Origin: an uncultured Acidobacteriota bacterium
GTDB lineage: Bacteria; Acidobacteriota; Vicinamibacteria; Vicinamibacterales; UBA2999
Assembly: GCA_963814955.1 (NCBI GenBank)
Contig: CAWFEX010000016.1
Span: forward strand, 75,498-139,497
Length of the DNA: 64,000 nt
Direction of reading: 5' to 3'
The notes under the pieces were generated by a model, which worked only from the letters and a program-made list of their open reading frames with translations, had not been told where the DNA came from and searched no databases. Positions 53,860 to 63,759 of the stretch are shown here, one piece after another; within the stretch, counting starts at the first letter, position 1, and each line of letters opens with the position of its first letter. A program made the translations under genes and the position numbers.

Positions 53860-53973
53860 TTACGTGGTAGGTGGTAGCCGGAGGCCTTCAGGCCTCCGGA
53901 ACCCACGGCGGCCACCCGCGACACCGGAGGCCTGAAGGCCTCCGGCTACCAGCCACTAGCTCGGAGGTTCATC

Positions 53974-56900
53974 ATGAACCGCTTGCTCCGCAGCCTCTCC
54001 ATCTGCTCGCTTGTCCTCCTCCTCGCCAGCGCCGCGTGGGCGCAGGCGACCGCACAACTCAGCGGAACGGTCAGAGACGACAGCGGCGCAGTACTCCCTG
54101 GCGTGACCGTCACCGTTACGCAAACGGATACCGCATTCACCCGCACCGTCGTGACGGACGAGACAGGCGCGTACGTTCTTCCTAACCTCCCTCTCGGGCC
54201 TTATCGCGTCGAAGCGTCGCTTCAGGGATTTCGGACGTTCGCGCAGACCGGGATCGTGCTGCAGGTTGGCGCCTCTCCTGTGCTGAACCCGGTATTGGCC
54301 GTAGGCGAACTGGCTGAAACAGTCACCGTGGAGGCGGCGACGCCGCTGGTCGACGTCCGGAGCGCCGGCATCTCCGAAGTGGTCGAGAACGCCCGAATCG
54401 TGGAGTTGCCGCTCAACGGCCGGAACGCTGCGATGCTCGTGTTGATGGTGGGCGCCGCTGTGAACACTGGCGACGTCAGCGGGCAGCGAAATCGCGCTGA
54501 TTCGGTTGCCATCTCGGTTGCCGGCGGACTGCGTACCGGCGTCGCTTACGTGCTCGACGGCGCGATGCACAACGATCCGTACGACAACACCAACATGCCG
54601 TTTCCCTTCCCGGACGCGCTCCAGGAATTCAGCGTGGCGACCGGCGGTTTGTCGGCCCAGAACGGCATGCACTCCGGGGCGTCGGTCAATGCCGTCACCA
54701 AATCGGGCACGAACAGCCTGCACGGCAACCTGTTCGAGTTCCTGCGCGACCATCGCTTCAACGCCACGGATGCATTCGCGCTGCGAGGGCCCGACGGGAA
54801 GAAAGCCAGCGACGGACTCGTCCGCAACCAGTTCGGCGGCACGCTCGGTGGACCCGTCCTCAGAGACAAGCTGTTTTTCTTCGGGGCGTATCAGGGCACC
54901 ATCATGAGACAGACCCCCGCGTCATTCGTAGGCTTCGTGCCCACGGCCGCGATGCTGGCCGGCGACTTCACGGCGCTGGCCGCCCCGGCGTGCAATGCCG
55001 GCCGGCAGGTCGCGCTCCGGGCGCCCTTCGTGGACAACCGCATCAATCCGGCGCTCTTCAGCCAGCCGGCAGTCAGGGTGGCCGAGAGGCTGCCGGTTGC
55101 TGACGATCCGTGCGGCGAAATCCGGTACCGCGTCCCGCTCGACAACAACGACTCGCAGGCGGTCGTGCGGCTCGATCATCAATGGAGCGCCAACCATTCG
55201 ATGTTCGGGCGCTACATCGACACCTTCGAGCGGCGGCTGCCGACCTTGTCGCGCACCGGCAACATCCTGACCGTCAGACGCGAGTTCGGCGCCAACAAGC
55301 GCTCCCGCGCCCGGTCGATTGCTCTAGGCGACACCCAGGTATTCGGCGCCAACACGGTCAACGCCTTCCGCGTCACGGTGAACCGCACGTCGAACCGGCT
55401 GAACGACCCGCCGGACGAGTTCTTCGACGCTTCCGATATCGGCGTCAAACTCCACAGCTACGTGCCGGGTGTCATCGGATTGGCCGTCACCAATGCCTTT
55501 ACGATTTCGGGCGGCAATTCGGTCAAGGTGCGCATCGACAACGAGGCATATCAGGTTGCCAACGATCTCTCGGTGGTGCGTGGGCGACACCAGATGTCCT
55601 TTGGCGGCAACCTGTCGTATTGGACGGTCGACAGCGAAGACAACGCCCGCGCGGCCGGCGATTTCAATTTCAACGGCCAGGCCACCGGTCTGCCGCTCGC
55701 CGACTTCATGACCGGCCAGACGTCGCTCGTCCGGCATGGCGCGCCAGGGATTCTGTTGATGAATCAGATGTACCTGGGCCTGTACGCGCAGGACACGTGG
55801 AGGACCACCGACCGGGTGACGCTCAATGCCGGTCTTCGCTGGGAGCCGTTCTTCGGACAGAACATCGAGAACGGCGCGATCTCCAATTTCGTTCCGGACA
55901 ACTTCCGGCAGGGAATCCGCACGACGCGATTTCAGAACGCACCGCCCGGGCTCATCTATCCGGGGGATCCGGGATTTCCCGACGGCAAGGCCGGCATGAA
56001 CCGGCAGTGGCGGAACTTCTCACCTCGCGGCGGGGTGGCGTGGGACGTGACCGGCGACGGGCGGACCGCGGTTCGCTCGTCGTACGGACTGAACTACGAC
56101 TTTCCAAGCGCGGTGTACCTCTACATCGCCGCGTCTGCGTCACCCTTCGCCAACCGCGTCGAGCTGAGCGCCGTACCCTTCGAGGACCCGTATCGAAACG
56201 TGCCTGGTGGAGACACGCATCCGCTGTCAGCGACTCCGCCGTTCGATGCTCAGTTCCCCGCGTTCGGCGCCTACGGCGTCATGGACCCTGACATCAACTC
56301 GGCGCGAGTGCAGTCGTGGAACGTGACACTCGAGCGGCAGCTTGGTGCGGCGTGGCAGGTGTCGGCAAGCTATCTCGGAAACTACGCCGACCGGTTGTGG
56401 GGACAGGTGCACATCAACCCGGGCACGTTCATGGGGTTGGGACCGTGCACGATTCACGGCCAGTCGTTCCCGTCGTGCACGGTCACGGGAAATGTCGATC
56501 GCCGACGCCCGCTGTATCTCGAGAATCCGGTCGCAGGACAGTGGCTGGGCCCCGTCGTTCGCTATGCCGACGTCGGCACGCAGAACTATCGCGGCCTGAA
56601 GCTGTCGTTCCGCCGCCGCGACGACAACGGATTGAGCCTGAGCGGCAACTACACGATTTCCCACTGCGAAGCGGATACGGAAGTCAGCGGGAGCTTCGGT
56701 CAATTCGCCAACGGCTACCTCGACCCGAACAACCCATCCTTCGATAAGGGCAACTGCTCGCAGAGTCGGACGCATATCGGGAACCTGACGATTGGCGCGC
56801 AGACGCCGCGGTTCGAAAACGTGGCGCTTCGCGCCGTTGCGTCGGACTGGAGGTTGTCGGGGATTGTGAGCGCCACCTCTGGAAACTGGCTGACGGTTAC

Positions 56901-57279
56901 GACCGGCCGCGACATTGCGGGAACCGGCATTGCGGCTCAGCGGGTCAATCAGGTGCTGGACGACCCGTATGGCGACAAGTCGCTGAATAACTACCTCAAT
57001 CCACAGGCCTTCGCGTACCCCGCGGCAGGCACCCTGGGCGATCACCGCAATTTCAGTATCGAAGGTCCTGGATTCTGGACCGTCAATCTGGCGCTGTCAC
57101 GGCTCGTTTCCATCGCGACCCAGCGGACGCTGGAGCTGCGCGTGGAAGTGTTCAACCTTCTCAACAATTTCAATTGGGGCAACCCGGCGACCAATCTCGA
57201 TGCGGGCACCTTCGGGCGGATCACGACGCAGACGGGTGAACCCCGCATCATGCAGTTCGGGATCAAATACGGGTTCTGA
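53974..57279 (+). CDS. Oar-like TonB-dependent receptor (intact)
   Basis: Signal peptide, GTVRDDSGAVLPGVTV; ends QFGIKYGF. Confidence 0.92.
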   Translation: MNRLLRSLSICSLVLLLASAAWAQATAQLSGTVRDDSGAVLPGVTVTVTQTDTAFTRTVVTDETGAYVLPNLPLGPYRVEASLQGFRTFAQTGIVLQVGASPVLNPVLAVGELAETVTVEAATPLVDVRSAGISEVVENARIVELPLNGRNAAMLVLMVGAAVNTGDVSGQRNRADSVAISVAGGLRTGVAYVLDGAMHNDPYDNTNMPFPFPDALQEFSVATGGLSAQNGMHSGASVNAVTKSGTNSLHGNLFEFLRDHRFNATDAFALRGPDGKKASDGLVRNQFGGTLGGPVLRDKLFFFGAYQGTIMRQTPASFVGFVPTAAMLAGDFTALAAPACNAGRQVALRAPFVDNRINPALFSQPAVRVAERLPVADDPCGEIRYRVPLDNNDSQAVVRLDHQWSANHSMFGRYIDTFERRLPTLSRTGNILTVRREFGANKRSRARSIALGDTQVFGANTVNAFRVTVNRTSNRLNDPPDEFFDASDIGVKLHSYVPGVIGLAVTNAFTISGGNSVKVRIDNEAYQVANDLSVVRGRHQMSFGGNLSYWTVDSEDNARAAGDFNFNGQATGLPLADFMTGQTSLVRHGAPGILLMNQMYLGLYAQDTWRTTDRVTLNAGLRWEPFFGQNIENGAISNFVPDNFRQGIRTTRFQNAPPGLIYPGDPGFPDGKAGMNRQWRNFSPRGGVAWDVTGDGRTAVRSSYGLNYDFPSAVYLYIAASASPFANRVELSAVPFEDPYRNVPGGDTHPLSATPPFDAQFPAFGAYGVMDPDINSARVQSWNVTLERQLGAAWQVSASYLGNYADRLWGQVHINPGTFMGLGPCTIHGQSFPSCTVTGNVDRRRPLYLENPVAGQWLGPVVRYADVGTQNYRGLKLSFRRRDDNGLSLSGNYTISHCEADTEVSGSFGQFANGYLDPNNPSFDKGNCSQSRTHIGNLTIGAQTPRFENVALRAVASDWRLSGIVSATSGNWLTVTTGRDIAGTGIAAQRVNQVLDDPYGDKSLNNYLNPQAFAYPAAGTLGDHRNFSIEGPGFWTVNLALSRLVSIATQRTLELRVEVFNLLNNFNWGNPATNLDAGTFGRITTQTGEPRIMQFGIKYGF

Positions 57280-57400
57280 TTCGGACGATAGGCACTCATT
57301 ACGGGCCACAGAGGCACAGAGTGTGATCCTCGGCGTCTTATTCGGAGAAGGATTCGTCGAATCGCTTTACCGCCTGATATCGCTGATCTAGACTCGGTGC

Positions 57401-57461
57401 AACCAGTCAAGGGCTCGCCCTTGATATCCCGCGGTTCGTGAGTCGAGCCCTTGACTGGTTG
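57401..57461. repeat. ~60 bp palindromic element, copy 2
   Basis: AACCAGTCAAGGGCTCGCCCTTGATATCCCGCGGTTCGTGAGTCGAGCCCTTGACTGGTTG. Confidence 0.8.
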
Positions 57462-57573
57462 GCAGTATTGACTTGGCGCGCTCCGCGCGCCTAGGACCGC
57501 TATACGGCTCACGACAACGAGTACGGAATTCTCTTTTGGAGCCGCATAGCGGTCCACAGGAGGGCTGCTGACT

Positions 57574-58194
57574 ATGGTGGACGATCAGCGCGACACATCT
57601 AAGCATTCCGTTTCGCGGCGGGCGTTTCTCAAGGGCGGCGCGCTTGCGACGGGCGCCCTGTCGTCGACGCTGATCCCCGACACCGCCGAGGCCCAGCTGC
57701 CCGAAGCCGTAGAGCCGGATCCGCGACGTACGCTCGTCGAGATGAAAGTGAACGGGACCCCGTACCGCAAACAGGTTCCGAACAGGACGACGCTGCTGCA
57801 GTTCCTGCGCGAGGATCTCAAGCTGACAGGGTCGAAGATGGGATGCGATCGCGGTCAGTGCGGCGCCTGCACGGTGGTCGTGAACGGCCGGAACGTCTAC
57901 TCGTGCACGGCGCTGGCCGTCGAGGCAACCGGCGCGGACGTACTGACGATCGAAGGGCTCGCCACTGACGAGGCGCTGCATCCAATCCAGCAGGCGTTCA
58001 TCCAGCACACCGGCTTCCAGTGCGGGTTCTGTACCTCCGGCCAGATCATGACGACGAAGGCGTTTCTCGATCGCGTGCCCCGCCCCACTGAAGAGGACGC
58101 CCGCCGGGCGCTCAGCGGCAATCTGTGCCGCTGCGCCGCGTATAAACGCATCCTCGAATCGGTCATGACGGCGTCGCGCTTGATGCAGGCTTAG
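57574..58194 (+). CDS. Xanthine-dehydrogenase-family 2Fe-2S subunit with Tat signal (PaoA/YagT-like)
   Basis: SRRAFLK Tat motif; GCDRGQCGACTV, QCGFCT.GQ, GNLCRC. Confidence 0.92.
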   Translation: MVDDQRDTSKHSVSRRAFLKGGALATGALSSTLIPDTAEAQLPEAVEPDPRRTLVEMKVNGTPYRKQVPNRTTLLQFLREDLKLTGSKMGCDRGQCGACTVVVNGRNVYSCTALAVEATGADVLTIEGLATDEALHPIQQAFIQHTGFQCGFCTSGQIMTTKAFLDRVPRPTEEDARRALSGNLCRCAAYKRILESVMTASRLMQA

Positions 58195-58203
58195 GGAGGC
58201 AAC

Positions 58204-60474
58204 ATGGCGCAGCAGCAGAACACCGCACGCAGACTTAAAGTGGTCGGCACTGCCGGTCCGCCAATCGATGCGGTCGAGCGCGTCACCGGCCAGGCCAAGT
58301 ACGTCGGCGACCTCGAGCTTCCCGGCATGCTCGTCGCCCGCGTCCTCCGCACCCGTCACGCCCATGCGCGCATCGTCGGCATCGACACGAGTCGTGCCGA
58401 AGCGCTCGCCGGCGTGAGGGCTGTGATCACGCATAAAGACGCACCGAAGGTCCCGATCTGGGGGAACCGGACGTATGTGCTGAACGACCAGGTCCGGTTC
58501 GCGGGAGAAGCCGTTGCGGCGGTCGCCGCCGTGGATCAAGAGACGGCGGAAAAGGCGCTGCGGCTGATCGACGTGAAGTACGAGGTCCTCAAATTCGTGC
58601 TCGATCCGGAAGAGGCGTTAAAGCCGGGCGCGCCCCAGCTCTTTGCCGACGGCAACCTCGAAGGAGAGCCGCGCACGGTCACGCGCGGCGACGTCGAGCG
58701 CGGATTCGCCGAGTGCGACCGCGTCATCGAGCGCGTCTACCACTGCCCGACGATGTGGAGCGGCGGCATGGAGCCGCGAGTGGCGATCGCTCAGTGGGAG
58801 GGGAACAGGCTTACTGTCTGGGCGTCGACCCAGGCGCCCTGCCGGGTGCAGACGAACCTGACGGGGCAGTTCAATCTGCCCGACAGTCAGGTGCGTGTCA
58901 TCGCCAGCTACGTTGGTGGCGGGTTCGGCACCAAGAGTGCGGCGCACGTCGATGAGACCATTACAGCGCTCCTCGCCCGCAAGGCGCGACGGCCAGTGAA
59001 GCTGCAGTACTCCCGCGAGGAGGAAATCCTCGATTCCAATACCCGCTTCGAGACCCGTGTTTACGTGAAGGTCGGCGTCAAGCGCGACATGACGCTGCAC
59101 GCCTTCGACGTCAAGGCGTATATCAATCAGGGCGCGTACCACGTGCGTCTCGGCGGCCTCGGCAATCAGGCGACGCACATTTACAACATCCCGCATCTGC
59201 GCACGGTGCAGTACCGCGTGCACACGAATCTGCCCAACACCGGGCCGACGAGGGGTGTCGGCGACCCGCAGGAAACGTTCGCCATCGACTCGGCGATCGA
59301 CGAGGTCGCCAACGAGATGGGCTGGGATCCCGTCGCGTTCCGTCTGAAGAACGTGAAGCGCAACGGCGACCCGATCGCGCGCGGCGGCATGGGGACTGAG
59401 GATGGCCGCCTTGTCACCCAGGTGACCGACCGATGCATAGACGAGGGCGCGGAACGTATCGGCTGGGTCCGGCGGAACGCGGCGCCTGGCGACGGGCAGG
59501 CCGGTGGGATCGCGCGCGGTATCGGCGTGGCGGTTACTGAACGCGGTAACGGCGGCGGCCTGGCCGGTGCATCCGTGACGGTGAATCTGGACGGGTCCGT
59601 GGTCGTGTTTTATGCGTCGACTGACATCGGTACGCACAGCCGCACCACGTTGTCGATGATTGCGGCCGAGACCATCGGCGTGCCGCTCTCGAGCGTACGC
59701 GCCGTGGCGGGCGATACGGAGATAGCGCCCTACGATGGCGGCAGTTACGGCAACCGCGTGCTCTACAGCACTGGGCGGGCGGTTGACGAGGCGGCGCGAG
59801 ACTGCCTCAACCAGATCCTTGCGACCGCGGCGCCGATGTTGAAGGCGCCGGCGGGCGATCTCGAGCTGACCGACGGTGCTGTCCGCGTAAAGACTGACGC
59901 GAGCCGGACCCTCCCGCTCAAAGAGGTCATGCAGCGGCGCGGCCGGAGTGTCGTGGGCTCCGGCGCCGTCGCGCAGTCGCAGGCGGAGACGAACGTCGAG
60001 CGCGCGTCTGGCGCGCACTTCGTCGAGGTCGAGGTCGACCGCGAGACCGGCAAGATCCGGATCGTGCGTTACATCTCAGCCCACGACGTTGGCCAGCCGA
60101 TCAACGTGACCGTCGTTGAGAACCAGATCGAAGGCGGGACCATCCAGGGGCTGGCGCTCACGCAGGCTGAAGAAATGCGCTTCGACCCGCGCGACGGCCG
60201 CTGCCTCAACGCCAATTTCCTCGATCTGAAGCCTCCGACCATGCTCGATTTCGATCCGCGGGTGATTGAGGCAATCGTCGTGTCGAATGTCGGAGAGCAG
60301 GGGCCATACGGCGCGAAGGGCCTGGGTGAGAACCCTTGCCATCCCGGGATGGCCGCTGTCGCCAACGCGGTGTACAACGCGGTCGGCATTCGTCTGCGCC
60401 GTGTGCCGTTCACGCGCGCCGACGTGCTTCGCGCGCTGGCGGAACAGCGCCCGGTGCCCAGCCGCACCGCCTAG
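58204..60474 (+). CDS. Xanthine-dehydrogenase-family molybdopterin-binding subunit (PaoC-like)
   Basis: VTG.AKY..D, GGGFG.K, D.G.G..T, QIEGG..QG, GAKGLGE (catalytic Glu). Confidence 0.92.
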   Translation: MAQQQNTARRLKVVGTAGPPIDAVERVTGQAKYVGDLELPGMLVARVLRTRHAHARIVGIDTSRAEALAGVRAVITHKDAPKVPIWGNRTYVLNDQVRFAGEAVAAVAAVDQETAEKALRLIDVKYEVLKFVLDPEEALKPGAPQLFADGNLEGEPRTVTRGDVERGFAECDRVIERVYHCPTMWSGGMEPRVAIAQWEGNRLTVWASTQAPCRVQTNLTGQFNLPDSQVRVIASYVGGGFGTKSAAHVDETITALLARKARRPVKLQYSREEEILDSNTRFETRVYVKVGVKRDMTLHAFDVKAYINQGAYHVRLGGLGNQATHIYNIPHLRTVQYRVHTNLPNTGPTRGVGDPQETFAIDSAIDEVANEMGWDPVAFRLKNVKRNGDPIARGGMGTEDGRLVTQVTDRCIDEGAERIGWVRRNAAPGDGQAGGIARGIGVAVTERGNGGGLAGASVTVNLDGSVVVFYASTDIGTHSRTTLSMIAAETIGVPLSSVRAVAGDTEIAPYDGGSYGNRVLYSTGRAVDEAARDCLNQILATAAPMLKAPAGDLELTDGAVRVKTDASRTLPLKEVMQRRGRSVVGSGAVAQSQAETNVERASGAHFVEVEVDRETGKIRIVRYISAHDVGQPINVTVVENQIEGGTIQGLALTQAEEMRFDPRDGRCLNANFLDLKPPTMLDFDPRVIEAIVVSNVGEQGPYGAKGLGENPCHPGMAAVANAVYNAVGIRLRRVPFTRADVLRALAEQRPVPSRTA

Positions 60475-60477
60475 TAC

Positions 60478-60578
60478 CTAGTGTCCGGCTTTTAGCCGGA
60501 CGAGGTACGTAGTGTCCGGCTTTAGCCGGACGCAGCGTAGAGTCCGGCTTTAGCGGACCGTACGTGTTAGCCGGACCA
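60478..60578. repeat. GTAGTGTCCGGCTTTAGCCGGAC REP tandem cluster
   Basis: 3-4 head-to-tail copies. The family also occurs at ~23257, 34969, 40434, 48906, 49763 and 62097. Confidence 0.85.
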
Positions 60579-60589
60579 GGGATGACGTT

Positions 60590-61561
60590 ATGAACAACTT
60601 CGCTTACATCCGCCCCGCGACGCTTCGAAACGCCGCTGGTCAGCTCGGCAAGGAGCATGGCAAGGCAATGCTGCTGGCTGGCGGAACAGATCTCCTCGGC
60701 GAGATGAAGGACGACCTGCGCGTCCCGGAGCGCCTCGTGGCGATCAAGCATTTGCCCGAGCTGCAGGGGATCCGGCCCGGCCGTGGCGGCGTGCGTATCG
60801 GTGCCGCCACATTGCTCGTCGATGTTGTCGAGAGCGCTGCGGTCCGCGAGCAGACGCCGCTCCTGGCCATGGCGGCCGAAAAGGTCGGTACGCCGCAGAT
60901 CCGCAACATGGCGACGATCGGCGGCAATCTCTGCCAACGTCCGCGCTGCTGGTATTACCGGAACAACTATCCGTGCTTCAAGCATGGCGGCAACGTGTGC
61001 TACTCGGCCACGGGCGAGAACGACTTTCACGCCATTCTCGAGGGCGGGCCGTCGTACATCGTTCATCCGTCGGATACAGCGCCGGCGCTCGTGGCGCTCG
61101 GCGCGACCGTGAAGATCTCAACCGGCGGAAGCGAACGGAGTATTCCGATTGAGAAGTTCTTCGTCAGCCCGAAGCAGGATCCGACGCGCGAGAACATCCT
61201 GCAGGCGAACGAGATCCTCACGGCGATAGAGGTCCCGCGCGCGCCGGCCGGATCAAAGGCCACCTACGTCAAGGAGATGGTGCGCGAGATCTGGGACTTC
61301 GCCCTGTGCAGCGTCGCCGCGATGGTGACGACGAAAGACGGCGTGATCGAAGACGCACGGATCGTACTCGGGGGCGTAGCGCCATTCCCGTATCGGGCCA
61401 TCAAGGCCGAGGCAGCGTTGAGGGGAAAGCGGCTGGATGAGCCGACGGCCGCCGCGGCGGGCGCCGCCGCCGTTGACGGCGCACGGCCCCTGGCGAAGAA
61501 CGCCTATAAGGTGCCGTTGACACAGGCCACGGTCGCGCGCGCACTCCTGTCCCTCGTATGA
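60590..61561 (+). CDS. Xanthine-dehydrogenase-family FAD subunit (PaoB/HcrB-like)
   Basis: AGGTDLL, IGA, QIRNMATIGGNLCQRPRCWYYR, HPSD, LGGVAP.P. Confidence 0.92.
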   Translation: MNNFAYIRPATLRNAAGQLGKEHGKAMLLAGGTDLLGEMKDDLRVPERLVAIKHLPELQGIRPGRGGVRIGAATLLVDVVESAAVREQTPLLAMAAEKVGTPQIRNMATIGGNLCQRPRCWYYRNNYPCFKHGGNVCYSATGENDFHAILEGGPSYIVHPSDTAPALVALGATVKISTGGSERSIPIEKFFVSPKQDPTRENILQANEILTAIEVPRAPAGSKATYVKEMVREIWDFALCSVAAMVTTKDGVIEDARIVLGGVAPFPYRAIKAEAALRGKRLDEPTAAAAGAAAVDGARPLAKNAYKVPLTQATVARALLSLV

Positions 61562-62035
61562 ATGCAGACGCGTGGGTGGCGCTGCTACGCGAGTCCGTCG
61601 ACCAGTTCAACGCCTATCGCGCCCAACATCCAGACGAGGACGTGACGCTCGTTGAGGCCGACCTGGCATTCGCAAGTCTTCCGCGGGCGAATTTCGAACG
61701 CGCCGATCTGCGCCGCTGCCGCCTGGAGGGATGCGACTTGTCCGGTGCGTGCTTTGACGAGGCGAGGATGGATTATGCGAACCTCCGAGGCGCCCGCCTG
61801 CCAGGCGCCACGCTGTGGCGCGCGTCGCTCGACCAGCGGCATCCTGTATGGCGCCAATCTGCGCGACGCCAGGCTAGACGAGGCGAAGCTGAGGCGCGTC
61901 GACCTGTGCGACGCCGACCTGCGAGGCGCGACCTTCCGCGGCGCCGATCTCACCGAGACCGATCTGCGCTGGGCCAAGTACGAGCTCAGCGAGCTCATCG
62001 ACGTTGACCTCACCGCGGCGCGGATTCGGATGTAG
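61558..62035 (+). CDS. Pentapeptide repeat protein (frameshift near 61832)
   Basis: A(D/N)L.. repeats across ORFs 61558 and 61652. Confidence 0.85.
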
Positions 62036-62182
62036 TCAGAAGCCGCAAAGCAGCGACGGGCCACAGAGGCACGGAGACACAGAGAAAAAGAGTACGTAGT
62101 GTCCGGCTTTAGCCGGACCGGACCGGACCCATCGGCGGCTCATGTCACGCCGGCCTCCGATTCTCGTCAGAAAAAACGCTCG

Positions 62183-62281
62183 CGCGTCTCGATTCAAACG
62201 ACGGAACGTTACCTCGGCTGCAAGCAGAAGCTCCATTGCGCGGTAAACGATCGCCTGGGAATCGAGCCGGACGCCGCTTGA
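62183..62281 (+). pseudogene. 3'-terminal remnant of a tyrosine recombinase
   Basis: VSIQTTERYLGCKQKLHCAVNDRLGIEP* contains the box II catalytic-Tyr motif S..TT.RY; the upstream domain is missing. Confidence 0.65.
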
Positions 62282-62482
62282 AGGCACGGATGCCAGCGGC
62301 GGATACTTCAATCCGCCCTGGGCGACTACCGGGACACATCAGTGTTTCCACGGCCGCAGCCTTCCCCGGGACGGACTTCGCCCTGGCCGACCCGTCGGTA
62401 TCGACAACATGGCGACGACGATGCCATCGTCGTCCATCGAGGGTGCTCGGGATGGCCTTGAGCCTGTCAAAGGGGTCGTCGG

Positions 62483-63442
62483 ATGGAAGTCAAGCTGCTC
62501 GATCGCGTTCGTGGTGCCATTCGCACGCGGCACTACAGCCGGCGGACCGAAGAGGCTTACGCGTACTGGATCCGCCGGTACATCGTGTTTCACAAGAAGA
62601 AGCACCCGTCGGTGATGGGCGCGCCGGAGGTGACGGCCTTTCTGACGTGGCTGGCGGTCGACCAGCGCGTCAGCGCATCAACCCAGAACCAGGCGCTCAG
62701 TGCGGTGTTGTTTCTGTATCGGGAGGTGCTAGAGACCGATCTCGGCCGGATTGATGGTGTGCCGCGTGCGCGCGTGTCTGACCACGTGCCAGTCGTGCTC
62801 AGCCGTGAGGAGGTGCGGCAGATTCTGGGGCAGGTGTCGGGCAGAACGTGGCTGATCGTGTCGCTGCTGTATGGCGCCGGGCTGCGGTTGCTCGAATGCC
62901 TCGAGTTGCGCGTGAAGGACTTGGACTTCGACGGCAATCAGGTGATCGTGCGGGGCGGCAAGGGCCGTAAGGATCGCAGGACCGTGTTACCGGCAGCGGT
63001 GAAGGCGCCACTGGCATCGCAACTCGCCGAGGTGAAGCGGCAGCACGAGCGGGATTTGGCTCACGGCGTCGGAGCCGTGGTGTTGCCGTACGCGCTCGAT
63101 CGGAAGTATCCGAACGCCGCGACGGAGTGGGCCTGGCAATTTGTGTTTCCGGCGGGTCGGGTGTGCCGCGACGCCCGCTGGGGACCGCCATCGCGATATC
63201 ACCTGCACGAGTCGGCGGTGCAGCGTGCCGTAGCGGTGGCTACGCGACAGGCTGGAATCCCGAAGCGCGTCGGTTGCCATACGTTCAGGCATTCGTTTGC
63301 CACGCATTTGCTCGAAGACGGGTACGACATTCGCACAGTCCAAGAGCTCCTTGGCCATGCCGATGTCAGCACAACGATGATCTACACGCACGTCCTCAAT
63401 CGAGGTGCATTGGGAGTGCGAAGTCCTGCCGATCGTCTGTGA
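62483..63442 (+). CDS. intI: Integron integrase
   Basis: [34 protein letters not shown], integron-specific insertion [48 protein letters not shown]. Confidence 0.95.
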   Translation: MEVKLLDRVRGAIRTRHYSRRTEEAYAYWIRRYIVFHKKKHPSVMGAPEVTAFLTWLAVDQRVSASTQNQALSAVLFLYREVLETDLGRIDGVPRARVSDHVPVVLSREEVRQILGQVSGRTWLIVSLLYGAGLRLLECLELRVKDLDFDGNQVIVRGGKGRKDRRTVLPAAVKAPLASQLAEVKRQHERDLAHGVGAVVLPYALDRKYPNAATEWAWQFVFPAGRVCRDARWGPPSRYHLHESAVQRAVAVATRQAGIPKRVGCHTFRHSFATHLLEDGYDIRTVQELLGHADVSTTMIYTHVLNRGALGVRSPADRL

Positions 63443-63727
63443 TCGGACGAAGCGCGTGGCGGTTATGTGCGAGCGCCTGCGCGTAACGCCGGAGGGCCCG
63501 GTTACGGCGTACCGCCGCAACCGTTGCAGGAGTAGTGTTTTGGCCGCCAATCGGCGGAGGTTCTTCGGTCCGGTTGGCTGCGAGGGCTCGCACATAACCG
63601 CGACGCTCGCAGCCAACCGCAGCGCTGATCGTGGGGATCAGCCATGTTAGGATCCGCGCGTTCAACGGTTTACGGCCAGCCGTTGCGGTTGTCGAAACGG
63701 GCGGCTAGCTGCGAACTGGATGAGCGG

Positions 63728-63749
63728 TCTACTTAAAGACAAGTTAGCC
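63728..63749 (+). mobile_element. Putative attI recombination site
   Basis: ctTAAAgacaaG/TTAGCC matches the attI1 simple site ccTAAAacaaaG/TTRRRY (AAA-5 nt-GTT); an ATG follows ~11 nt later. Confidence 0.6.
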
Positions 63750-63759
63750 AGACAAACCG

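Noticed and set aside
60478-60578. CRISPR array
   Set aside because: Repeats are GTAG REP palindromes with spacers under 10 nt, they are dispersed elsewhere in the window, and there are no cas genes.
63646-63652. Alternative attI core GTTAGGA
   Set aside because: It lacks the AAA/AAC-5 nt-GTT inverse half-site and no ORF follows directly; the 63743 site fits better.
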